IMG/VR virus record: IMGVR_UViG_3300042861_001913
Strand: one strand, 5' to 3'
Length of the DNA stretch: 64,000 nt
Source: a virus
Shown here: piece by piece, positions 55,201-62,785 of the stretch
Layout of the letters: each line of letters begins with the position of its first letter
Position numbering within the stretch: position 1 is the stretch's first letter
Notes under the pieces: generated by a model
Seen by the model: the letters and a program-made list of their open reading frames with translations, nothing else
Told to the model about the DNA's origin: nothing
Database searches by the model: none
Made by a program: the position numbers and the translations under genes

Positions 55201-55327
55201 ACGTAATTACACAGGTAATGATATGGCAGTATTAACTAGCGAGTTTATTAGTGATTATAAGAATGGTTTAATGCGAAGTAAACTTAGAGCTATGGGATTA
55301 AGAAATCTATTAATAGATGTAAAATAG
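52211..55327 (+). CDS. MuF-like (SPP1 gp7 family) minor head protein with long N- and C-terminal extensions (1038 aa)
   Basis: central RTKRIAITEMGHAYNLGRLDYY...KFVKWN...GIVCPICQERA...PLLHANCSCFLTSV matches the MuF core ending in the HxNCRC-like motif; coiled-coil N-terminal region; TM-like VVKWATAGILGTAAMYAAF after the core. Confidence 0.75.
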   Translation: MNINKYIKEQDELVTAFTDGLTNSIGNSLSRKQDNLSLIISNQLNKLWNDSWNLGRTHAIDETPPSLFSYSDSIAEFASPLEKLRNEIDEITKEKEGYQSELDRIRRDYQDKEGNYSGTKILRSIDKKGTYNDVDKVRAIQVIRNREDELNALIAAKDNLIKDKQDKFFELTDPANIAKLNELSKDTKDVTPEVLPRVNKAEVNQQLSKAVRDRDAWRKSFVDENGNLNLAKYRRVKGYDTSDSDADVLKQMKREELDLINEVKRHNQTLNDINDRSTSTRTTSIKEQALIDKQKRRIERQLKKQQNLQTTKLDANKIPANIRDSVQAIEQRRQIESTRGDVPLLEQTEFGKSYLNRRINTIGNDLNERYKATLQQILVGEKETKTTGYLADNSPDKDVTYYKRISAMLTREDAKQMEQYNKQLELIKTRLDDIPTKLTATKDMNVYESVAFLKQKYDPDVKLTITDKKLLNELPDKAVYKMQDLRAYRDKLLEKVRKLKDNQARTKRIAITEMGHAYNLGRLDYYVKQGIKFVKWNNSIEHKRAMIPGDYNTRYRKIYNKLSELINRSPQLESFKMDGIVCPICQERAIYDYGYGKGIIKIDDLLSNSQSQPLLHANCSCFLTSVEESETKEPFNVPIYVSSLLNNNVVKWATAGILGTAAMYAAFKKSNVTPLNIPDIIRSKPAVVTTKALSQALLDDIIDVPLVPLQIPERVPTTINIDRANKVLEDVVNWHTNTIDESITKAIEIDNRYELVNPFMTAITESSVDDITTRVKKYNSITKATLTKNDLNQFKEDVDKIQHYINEIEDANTKIYSSIQSMKLARKAIIDEGLNKLSDELIPPGFTPEQVIISNPIIQRLDNQIIQSENTLRNAISLKLGETSHYSTLKRIRNDLLDNELFKLEYIKRKRGVLLRLQDKLIGKFDKVKKVFVGGQVNPRVLERDLEELQNTILSNYMNVNNEQFESYVRQLDNIELAIDGQLELIKNKLGLTSLDARNYTGNDMAVLTSEFISDYKNGLMRSKLRAMGLRNLLIDVK
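52410..52420 (-). repeat. iterated motif GTAAGAAAAAA copy
   Basis: plus strand TTTTTTCTTAC in the MuF-like gene (LFSY). Confidence 0.9.
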
Positions 55328-55352
55328 ATATGATACCTTAATCAATAAACTT

Positions 55353-55793
55353 ATGTACTTAATGGCAGATTTTGCGCGACGTGTTGGAAGTAAAGATAAG
55401 AAGAAACGTAAAAACGCTAACTTATTTACATCAACACTAATAGGTGGTGGTTTAATGTATGGTGGTTATAAATTAGATGAGCCTGGAATTAGATTACCTG
55501 ATAAAAAACCTAAACTTAATAGAACTACTAGTGGTGATCCTGGTTTAGATTTGGCATTTGATTTTAAAAACGAATTAATTAAACGAAATAAACCTGAAGT
55601 TAATAGACGTTATTTTAAATTATTTGGTGGTAAATACAAACAGTTAGTTGATAATACTTTATATAGTCCTAATCCTGGAAGAAGACAACTTGCAGCTATT
55701 GGAACATTAGTTGGTGCTGCTTATTTAGGAGCTAACGCAATTAAAGGTGGTAGTTATTTAATTAATAAAGCGCGTAATAAAGGTAATAAATAG
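55353..55793 (+). CDS. tag-family protein P3 (FARRVGSKDKKKRK tag, two glycine-zipper segments)
   Basis: MYLMADFARRVGSKDKKKRKN...LIGGGLMYGG ... AAIGTLVGAAYLGANAIKGG. Confidence 0.65.
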   Translation: MYLMADFARRVGSKDKKKRKNANLFTSTLIGGGLMYGGYKLDEPGIRLPDKKPKLNRTTSGDPGLDLAFDFKNELIKRNKPEVNRRYFKLFGGKYKQLVDNTLYSPNPGRRQLAAIGTLVGAAYLGANAIKGGSYLINKARNKGNK

Positions 55794-55794
55794 T

Positions 55795-56748
55795 ATGTTT
55801 CTAATGTCAGATACCGCGAACTTCAAGCGCACTAAAGTTAAATCATTTATTAGGAAAGGTAAAGTAGTTAGAAGTTACGATAGATCAATCAGAGATAGAA
55901 TACGTGATGTTGCTATAGGTGCAACTGGAACTGCATTATTAGGTGGTGCATATCTATTAGGTAAACGTAATGGTGCAAGATCATTAGATGAAGTTAAGTC
56001 ATTAATTAAGAACATTAAACCTGAAGTTACAGTTAATGTACCAACTCCAATCGTTAATGTAACTAATACTCCAGGTGTAGTTAGAGAGATAGTTAAAGAA
56101 GCATCTAGTAAGTCAAGTAAAGTTAATGAAGTAATTAACAATGCAATTAAATTAGATATAGTTAGAGTTAGATTACCATCTAAGGTTTATAACCTAAGTG
56201 AATCAACTATTAATAAAACTGCTAGTGAAGCTGCTAAGTTGACCGACGTTAAATTAGAGAGAACTATTAGTCTTATTAGTCGTAGATTACAGAAGTATAA
56301 CGTTAGTAATAATGAGTTAGTTAAACTAGATAGTTTGTTACTTAGTTTAAATAGATTTAAAACAGGTAAGTTTAATAAAGAAAGTGAACGTGAGTATTTA
56401 CGTAAACAGATAATTGAATATAGAGATTACTTTAAGTTACCTAAAGTAGATGTAAATGAACTTAATGTAGAATCAGTTGTAGATAGGGATTATGCAACTA
56501 AGTTAAAGAAGGTTATTACTAGAGATAAATCAATATTAGACATCTATCAAAGTGAGTTAACTAAACGTCGTGAAGTTGCAACTAATATAACTACTCCAAC
56601 TGATGCTGACATTGATAGACTTAGTGGTATGTTAGATGATTTTAGTAGTTCACGCAAACTAACATTATTTAATGACACTAAATCGCGCCGTTCCTTTTTT
56701 CTTACTGATACAGATGTTCCTAAATTAAGTAAACTATTAAATAGATAA
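55795..56748 (+). CDS. tag-family protein P4 (KVKSFIRKGKVVRSYDR tag + glycine zipper; 317 aa)
   Basis: MFLMSDTANFKRTKVKSFIRKGKVVRSYDRS...VAIGATGTALLGGAYLLG. Confidence 0.65.
   Translation: MFLMSDTANFKRTKVKSFIRKGKVVRSYDRSIRDRIRDVAIGATGTALLGGAYLLGKRNGARSLDEVKSLIKNIKPEVTVNVPTPIVNVTNTPGVVREIVKEASSKSSKVNEVINNAIKLDIVRVRLPSKVYNLSESTINKTASEAAKLTDVKLERTISLISRRLQKYNVSNNELVKLDSLLLSLNRFKTGKFNKESEREYLRKQIIEYRDYFKLPKVDVNELNVESVVDRDYATKLKKVITRDKSILDIYQSELTKRREVATNITTPTDADIDRLSGMLDDFSSSRKLTLFNDTKSRRSFFLTDTDVPKLSKLLNR
56695..56705 (-). repeat. iterated motif GTAAGAAAAAA copy
   Basis: plus strand TTTTTTCTTAC in 55795..56748 (FFLT). Confidence 0.9.
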
Positions 56749-56755
56749 TACAACT

Positions 56756-58546
56756 ATGATTATTGCACAATTCAAAGACTCAGATAACTCCGATAAGAAG
56801 AAATCTCAAGTAGGTAAGAAAATAGGTGGAGTTGCACTATTAGGTGGATCAGCAGCTATAGGAACTCAATCTATTAGAAGTGGTTTACCTAGAGCGTTAG
56901 GTGTACGTTTAGAACAACATGGTACTAGTCGTAAAGCTGCTGCAAATATTATTAAAGAGGGTTATTTAGATCCTGGTTATGGTGGAACTATGGAAGGTGT
57001 TACTTCTTCAATGAAGTTACCTAAAGAGTTCCTAGAACGTAGTAAAGGTTATACATTTCTAAGTGGTAAGAATCCAGATCATGTATTTTGGGATAAACGA
57101 AATGGATTAAGTTCTATAGGTGATGTAATAACTAGGAAAATACAGGTACTTGGTTATCGTGGTTCTAAAGCAGGTAAGTTAACTGAAAAAGATGTTGAAC
57201 GTGGTTCTAAATTTATTGGTGCAAGAGTAAATAGTATATTGAAACCATTTAAGAAGCAATTAGATGGAATGACTCCTGAACAAATGTTAGCTGAGATGAA
57301 GAAACAATCAGTAATAAGTGTTGATGTTAAGGCATTATATGATAGTTATGTAGCAGATCCAGAGAAACTTAAACGTGACTTAAAATCAATGAGACGTGAA
57401 ATTGAGAAGTTAGTTAAGAATACTCAAGATGTAGCTAAACGTGGATATAAAGATCCTAGTAGAATTAAATCAATTAGAAAAACTCAAGTTAAGTTTAATA
57501 AGTTATTTAATGATTATAAGGATGAATTTAAAGAATATCAAAAAGGTAGAAAAGATTTTAATACTTATGGTAGAGGTTTTGGTAAACGAAAAGGTAAAAC
57601 AAATTATAATAGTTTACTTAATAATTTTTTAGAACAAAAAGTTGATAGTGGTGATAAGAAAGCTGCTAGATTATTGAAGTTGAAAGATGGATTACAAAAT
57701 CAATTAAAAGCTCAAGAATTTAGTAAGAATCTAGGTCTTAGTGCTGGTTGGACTCAGAAGTTATTACAATCTCCATTATTAGGTGCTGCTGGAGTTGGTA
57801 AAACTGTTTATCTACCAGGAACAGATGAATACTTCAATGATACAAATAGATTTAAATACGATATAGATGATCCATTTGGTAATCCACTTAAATATAAAGA
57901 TTCATTCACATCAGAGAAAGGTGGATTTGGTGGTAATGCACTTAAAACTAAAGAGAAAGTTAGAGCATTTGGTAATAGATTTAGTGCAAGTAAATATCTA
58001 TTAGAAAAAGAAGGTAATGGTAACTTAATTAAAGGTGCATCTAAATTAATGGGTGCTAATAAAGGAAGAGTATTAGCTGGACTTGGAATACTTGGAGTTG
58101 GTGGAACTGCTGCTGGATTACTTGGAGCTAAAGGTATTCAACTATTAAAAGGTAAAGATGATAAGAAGAAAGTAGTAGTACAACCTAAAGTTATAGCAGT
58201 AGTTAAGAAACCTAAACAAGAGATAAGTAAGAAAAATGAGATACTTAAAGCATTACCTAGTTCTGTATTAACTAACGCAGCAATGGGAGGTTATCTTGGT
58301 TTAGCTGTAGGAACTGCATTAGGTATTAAGAATGGATTAGTTAAAGGTGTAGCATTAGGAGCATTAGCTGGTGGAGCATCTGGAATACAAGCTGGTTTAA
58401 ATAAATATAAAGATCGTAAAGAAACATTAGAAAACTATAAGTTACCAAGTCGTAAGATTAAAGTTAAATCATATGCTCGTAAAGGTAAACTAGTGCAAAC
58501 ATTTGAGAGACTTAATCCCTTCTATAATAAAGATAAACGTAAGTAA
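56756..58546 (+). CDS. tag-family protein P5 (596 aa; glycine zippers at both ends; tag KVKSYARKGKLVQTFER at the C-terminus)
   Basis: N-terminal KKIGGVALLGGSAAIG; C-terminal AGLGILGVGGTAAGLLGAKG, GGYLGLAVGTALG, GALAGGASG; tag encoded at 58460-58510. Confidence 0.65.
   Translation: MIIAQFKDSDNSDKKKSQVGKKIGGVALLGGSAAIGTQSIRSGLPRALGVRLEQHGTSRKAAANIIKEGYLDPGYGGTMEGVTSSMKLPKEFLERSKGYTFLSGKNPDHVFWDKRNGLSSIGDVITRKIQVLGYRGSKAGKLTEKDVERGSKFIGARVNSILKPFKKQLDGMTPEQMLAEMKKQSVISVDVKALYDSYVADPEKLKRDLKSMRREIEKLVKNTQDVAKRGYKDPSRIKSIRKTQVKFNKLFNDYKDEFKEYQKGRKDFNTYGRGFGKRKGKTNYNSLLNNFLEQKVDSGDKKAARLLKLKDGLQNQLKAQEFSKNLGLSAGWTQKLLQSPLLGAAGVGKTVYLPGTDEYFNDTNRFKYDIDDPFGNPLKYKDSFTSEKGGFGGNALKTKEKVRAFGNRFSASKYLLEKEGNGNLIKGASKLMGANKGRVLAGLGILGVGGTAAGLLGAKGIQLLKGKDDKKKVVVQPKVIAVVKKPKQEISKKNEILKALPSSVLTNAAMGGYLGLAVGTALGIKNGLVKGVALGALAGGASGIQAGLNKYKDRKETLENYKLPSRKIKVKSYARKGKLVQTFERLNPFYNKDKRK
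58227..58236 (+). repeat. iterated 10-mer GTAAGAAAAA copy
   Basis: exact; sense in 56756..58546 (SKKN). Confidence 0.9.
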
Positions 58547-58552
58547 ACTATT

Positions 58553-59530
58553 ATGGTAAAACAATCTAAAGTTAAGTCTTATGTTCGCAAAGGTAAAACT
58601 GTTAAATCTTATAACAGATCAATTAAAAATATCGTATTTGATGTAGGACGTGTTGCAGGGCTTGGAATTGGAGGACTTGCTGCAATTAAGTATGGTAAAC
58701 GTATACCTCTAAGTTGGGGTGATAAATTTACTCTGGGTGGTATAGCAGGTGCTTACTTAGGATCATTACCTTCTAACTTAATTAATAAGAATAACAAGAA
58801 AGCTAAACAACAATTAAAGAATATAGGATTAACTGTTGGTGGAATAGGTGGATTAGGATTAGCTACATTAGGTGGAATTAAAGGATATAAGTTTATTAAA
58901 GCCCGTAATACTAAATCATTAGTGTTATTTAATCCAAATGAATCATATCGTAATACTGTAGCTGCATTTAATATTAAAGCTAGAGAACAAGCTAAAACAG
59001 CCCCTAAATCGTTAGATGACATGAAAAGATATTATCAGAAGACATATTCTAATAAAGAATTAGTAGATGCTGAAGCTACTATTTTTTCTTACAATCTTAA
59101 ATCTAGCACTAGAGGTATACTTAAACCTCTTACTGGTGATGATGTATTAAATCTATATGATGAAACATTAACTCCTATAGCTAAACGAATAGTTATTGAT
59201 AGTGAGCGTGTAGCAGCAGTTGAAGGTAAAGATGGATTAAGAGATACTATTTATAAAGCAGTTACTAAGGATTTAGATATACCATTAAGTAAAGCAGAAC
59301 GTAGATATTTTGCTGGTGTTGCTAAAATGAATGATCCGGCAGTTAGAGAAGCTGAACGTAAGGTACTTAAAAAATCATTAGATGCTTATGCTAAAGCTAA
59401 TAATATTGACACAACTAGAGTTAATGGTAGTGTAGACTTAAATAAGATAATTAAGTCACTTAAAGAACGTGGTTTTACTGAATTAGATATTAAACAGATG
59501 ATAGACAAACACAATAACATTAAACTCTAA
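58553..59530 (+). CDS. tag-family protein P6 (KVKSYVRKGKTVKSYNR tag + glycine zippers; 325 aa)
   Basis: MVKQSKVKSYVRKGKTVKSYNRS...VAGLGIGGLAAIKYG...GGIGGLGLATLGGIKG. Confidence 0.65.
   Translation: MVKQSKVKSYVRKGKTVKSYNRSIKNIVFDVGRVAGLGIGGLAAIKYGKRIPLSWGDKFTLGGIAGAYLGSLPSNLINKNNKKAKQQLKNIGLTVGGIGGLGLATLGGIKGYKFIKARNTKSLVLFNPNESYRNTVAAFNIKAREQAKTAPKSLDDMKRYYQKTYSNKELVDAEATIFSYNLKSSTRGILKPLTGDDVLNLYDETLTPIAKRIVIDSERVAAVEGKDGLRDTIYKAVTKDLDIPLSKAERRYFAGVAKMNDPAVREAERKVLKKSLDAYAKANNIDTTRVNGSVDLNKIIKSLKERGFTELDIKQMIDKHNNIKL
59082..59092 (-). repeat. iterated motif GTAAGAAAAAA copy
   Basis: plus strand TTTTTTCTTAC in 58553..59530 (IFSY). Confidence 0.9.
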
Positions 59531-59537
59531 ATAAATT

Positions 59538-59915
59538 ATGTACATTTTATCTGACTATTCATTATCAACATTTGCAAGACGATTAGGTTCTAAAGATAAG
59601 AAGAAGAGAGAACGTCCTAGTATTAGACGTGGTATGTTAACTGGTGCTAAATGGGGTGCTGGGTTAGGTGTTGGTTTAACGGGTTTAACTATCGCTTCGG
59701 CATTAGCTCGTAAAGATGGTAGACAAGCTATGAGAGCAGCATTAAAAGCACAAGGTCGTAATCCTAGTCTTAGAAAAAATGCAGGTATGTTAGCTGGAGG
59801 TGCAGGATTAATTGCTGGAGTTAATGCACTAACTGGCGGTATTCAAGGTGGACTTATTGGAGGTGGAGTTAATGCGATTAGAAAATACCAATACGATAGG
59901 AATAACTCTAAATAA
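59538..59915 (+). CDS. tag-family protein P7 (FARRLGSKDKKKRER tag, Gly-rich; 125 aa)
   Basis: MYILSDYSLSTFARRLGSKDKKKRER...GAGLGVGLTGLTIA...GGAGLIAGVNALTGGIQGGLIGGG. Confidence 0.65.
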   Translation: MYILSDYSLSTFARRLGSKDKKKRERPSIRRGMLTGAKWGAGLGVGLTGLTIASALARKDGRQAMRAALKAQGRNPSLRKNAGMLAGGAGLIAGVNALTGGIQGGLIGGGVNAIRKYQYDRNNSK

Positions 59916-60646
59916 TGAAACAAGTTAAAGTTAAACAATCAGTTCGTAAAGGTAAGTTAGTACGTGGTTATAATCGTGTACTAACTAAAGTAACGGATAA
60001 GTTATTTAAACGAGATAAGGATGGTAAGAAGAAGTTAACCAATCTTAGTAAAGGATTAATAGGCGCGACTTCTATAGCAGGTTTATTAACTGCATTTAAA
60101 TATCGTCGCAACATAGCTCAGTTAAGTGAGAAGATTGTAAATAAGGTTAGTCCAACTGTTAAGCGCGTATTTAATAAAACTGCTAAAACTATAAGTCAAC
60201 CTATCACTAATACAACTGGTGATATTATGGCAGCTAGTGTAACTGGTGGAGCTATGACTAGAGACGCTAGACGTAAATACATACGCGAATTAGATAACTT
60301 ACCAAGTGAAGCAGTTAATATACAACCGTTTACTAAACGTGAAGATAGTTTAATTACTAGACGTATTAAACGTAATGATGCAACACTTAATAAACGAGTT
60401 AATAATGCACGTGGTAAACTAACTTCAGTTAACTATAATTCAGATAATGATCTATATTTAGCTATCAAGACTAATAAAGACTTTAGTTATAAGGGAGCTA
60501 GTAATATTGAAGATAGACGTGCAACTCGTAAAGCATTAGCTAAGAAACTTAAACAACAGTTAGGAGTTAATCCAGGAACTCCAAATCCAGCAACTCCAGT
60601 TAAACGTAAACGTGGTAGACCTAGAAAAGATAGGAGTAATCAATGA
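59915..60646 (+). CDS. tag-family protein P8 with C-terminal AT-hook (243 aa)
   Basis: MKQVKVKQSVRKGKLVRGYNR...GLIGATSIAGLL; C-terminal PVKRKRGRPRKDR (RGRP AT-hook core). Confidence 0.65.
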   Translation: MKQVKVKQSVRKGKLVRGYNRVLTKVTDKLFKRDKDGKKKLTNLSKGLIGATSIAGLLTAFKYRRNIAQLSEKIVNKVSPTVKRVFNKTAKTISQPITNTTGDIMAASVTGGAMTRDARRKYIRELDNLPSEAVNIQPFTKREDSLITRRIKRNDATLNKRVNNARGKLTSVNYNSDNDLYLAIKTNKDFSYKGASNIEDRRATRKALAKKLKQQLGVNPGTPNPATPVKRKRGRPRKDRSNQ

Positions 60647-61728
60647 AGAAACGAGTTAAAGTTAAATCATTTACACGTAAAGGTAGAATAGTTAAAGCTT
60701 ATGATAGATTGCAAGATGATAAGAAGTTACAACAATATAAGAATATAATTAAAGGTGTTAGTTTAATTGGTGGTAGTTTTGCTGCAATTAAAAATGCAGA
60801 TAAGTTATATAAGTTATTTAGGTTAGCTAAAATACAATCTAAAGTAAACAAGATAAATATTAAGCCGTTAAATGTAGCTAATGTTAAATCACCAATAGAG
60901 AAGTTAAATATACTAAACACCTTTAAAATATTTAAAGGTGAATCAACTAACACTATTAAACTAGTAACTAAAGATGGAGTTAATTACATCTATAAAGAAA
61001 GTAGAGATAACTTAGATTCTAATATATTAAGTAATTTAAGTATAGGAAGTTATCCTCATGGTAATGAACAAGCTACAGAAGCACTAATATCATCTATTGG
61101 AAACAAACTTAAAATACCTGTACAAGAAACTGAAATTATAGCAGCGAATCAGATATTTGATGGTAAAAAAGCTGGTTTACCTGGAAGTCTACATAAGATA
61201 GTTGACGGTGTACCAGCATCTGAATTATTTAAAGACATGAATTTTGTTGTAGCTAATCCAGTATCTAAATCTAAATACTCTAAGGTAATTGATAATATAT
61301 TACTAAATAAAGATACTGCTAAAATCGGCGCACTTGATATATTTGTTGGTAATGCTGATAGAAATGCTGGTAACTTATTTTATAACATTAGTAATGGAGC
61401 ATTCACAGCAATAGATAACGGTAGTGCATATACATTACCGTTTGATTATGATTCATTAACTAAGATAATTAAAAGTAAATCGCGCAAACTAAATGAAACT
61501 AAACGACGTAATCTAAATCAATTAAGAGATACATTAACTGAGTTACATAACAATTACACGCCAGAACAACTTGTTAATGAATACGATAGAAATTTCCTTA
61601 AAGCTCTAGATGGTGTAGATGATGATGTATTTAAACAAGCATTAAAATCGCGCGATTCTAGAATTAAGAATATCTATTATAATCACGCCAAGTCTAAAGA
61701 GTTTCTAGATTATTTAAATACTATTTAG
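60643..61728 (+). CDS. tag-family protein P9 with a PI3/PI4-kinase-like (atypical protein kinase) catalytic region
   Basis: MKKRVKVKSFTRKGRIVKAYDR...; C-terminal half GALDIFVGNADRNAGNLFYN...FTAIDNGSA resembles the GDRHxxN catalytic loop plus IDxG metal-binding motif. Confidence 0.55.
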   Translation: MKKRVKVKSFTRKGRIVKAYDRLQDDKKLQQYKNIIKGVSLIGGSFAAIKNADKLYKLFRLAKIQSKVNKINIKPLNVANVKSPIEKLNILNTFKIFKGESTNTIKLVTKDGVNYIYKESRDNLDSNILSNLSIGSYPHGNEQATEALISSIGNKLKIPVQETEIIAANQIFDGKKAGLPGSLHKIVDGVPASELFKDMNFVVANPVSKSKYSKVIDNILLNKDTAKIGALDIFVGNADRNAGNLFYNISNGAFTAIDNGSAYTLPFDYDSLTKIIKSKSRKLNETKRRNLNQLRDTLTELHNNYTPEQLVNEYDRNFLKALDGVDDDVFKQALKSRDSRIKNIYYNHAKSKEFLDYLNTI

Positions 61729-62785
61729 ATCGCCGCGATTCATCAATAGCCATTTTGAGTCTATTTTTAGCCTTATTAAGTTCTTGTACAGCAGAATCCA
61801 TCGCTTGTTTTTTCTTACTTTCTGGAATTTTCGTATTAAATCGAAGTTGTTTTAATTTACGTTGTCTATCTTTAATGTGAGCAATTTCATCAGCTACATT
61901 AATTGGAGCTTTATTAACCTTCCTTATTTGTAATGGTTCATAACCAATAAACTGTTTTACTTGGTTAACAATATTCTTATCATCAACATACTCCGATATA
62001 GTGTGTTGATTTTTTCCTTTAATCCATTTAATGTCAGGGTAAGGAAAATACTTTGATGTTAAATCCCAATCATCTTTACTTCCAAAACTAAGTGTATTAC
62101 CGGGGTTAACTTTATTTATGCCTAAGTAAGTACCAGCATAGTTAATTTGTTTAACTTTACTAACGTTACCTCCCATTTCTTTAAAGATATTAATAGCTTC
62201 AGAATTAATAAAACTACCAGAACTAAATCCATGTAAAACTAAATCTTTATCGGGATATGTTTTAGCGTAAGAATACATATCAGCCGCTAACTCTCTAGCT
62301 GTTGGATTATAACCATCTTTAATAAATGGTTTAGCCCATGCAATAGATCCATTCTTTAATAACTCTAATTTATTCTTATAGTTTCTACCTAGATACTTCA
62401 CATTACTATTAGATGTGTTAACTGGTATTATGTGTTCTTGCGTTTTATCAAATAAGTTTCGTACTTTATGTGCAAAGCTAATTGATTGACGTGCTTCTAG
62501 ATTACTTGCATTAAATCCACCTGTTGTAAAGTGAACTCGTTTTACTTTATCTGATAGTTTAACAGGTGTTATATTATTAGCTAATTTAAATGCTTCTTTA
62601 GCTGATGTTTTATATCCATTAATATAACGTCGTTTTAGTAATAGGTAACTAGCAGCAGTTAGTCCAAGTGTACTTGCAGTAACTATAGTTGCTTTAACTA
62701 ATGCACTGTCTTGTTTACGTTGGTACTGTTTAACTAGTTTACCTTTCCTTACATACGATTTAACTTTAACGTCTTGTTTAACCAT
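61721..62785 (-). CDS. tag-family protein P10 with an alpha/beta-hydrolase (lipase/esterase-like) domain, leftward
   Basis: MVKQDVKVKSYVRKGKLVKQYQRK...ASTLGLTAASYLL; nucleophile elbow LVLHGFSSGSF (GxSxG). Confidence 0.6.
   Translation of the reverse strand: MVKQDVKVKSYVRKGKLVKQYQRKQDSALVKATIVTASTLGLTAASYLLLKRRYINGYKTSAKEAFKLANNITPVKLSDKVKRVHFTTGGFNASNLEARQSISFAHKVRNLFDKTQEHIIPVNTSNSNVKYLGRNYKNKLELLKNGSIAWAKPFIKDGYNPTARELAADMYSYAKTYPDKDLVLHGFSSGSFINSEAINIFKEMGGNVSKVKQINYAGTYLGINKVNPGNTLSFGSKDDWDLTSKYFPYPDIKWIKGKNQHTISEYVDDKNIVNQVKQFIGYEPLQIRKVNKAPINVADEIAHIKDRQRKLKQLRFNTKIPESKKKQAMDSAVQELNKAKNRLKMAIDESRRSK
61808..61818 (-). repeat. iterated motif GTAAGAAAAAA copy
   Basis: plus strand TTTTTTCTTAC; sense in 61721..62785 (SKKK). 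Confidence 0.9.

Noticed and set aside
56756-58546. ADP-ribosyltransferase or Tpt1-like domain in P5 (segment LEQHGTSRKAAANIIKEGYLDP resembles the HGT...I...G motif)
   Set aside because: Only one short motif matches. I could not identify the downstream Y/S and E catalytic elements by eye, so this is too weak to call without a profile search.
11573-60953. Antisense or nested track ORFs: 11573..11866+, 13535..13756+, 21243..21470+, 22394..22579+, 23567..23911+, 24214..24399+, 25249..25518+, 28009..28272+, 29701..29979+, 34791..35105+, 37398..37598-, 37422..37607+, 39893..40075+, 42936..43172+, 48396..48656+, 54292..54522-, 55875..56141-, 56547..56753-, 57441..57632+, 58753..59022-, 60699..60953-, and also 63690..63896-
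   Set aside because: All lie entirely or almost entirely (39893..40075+ and 24214..24399+ slightly overhang gene ends) within longer ORFs that have recognisable motifs or better operon context. Their products are low-complexity shadow-frame sequences typical of AT-rich DNA.
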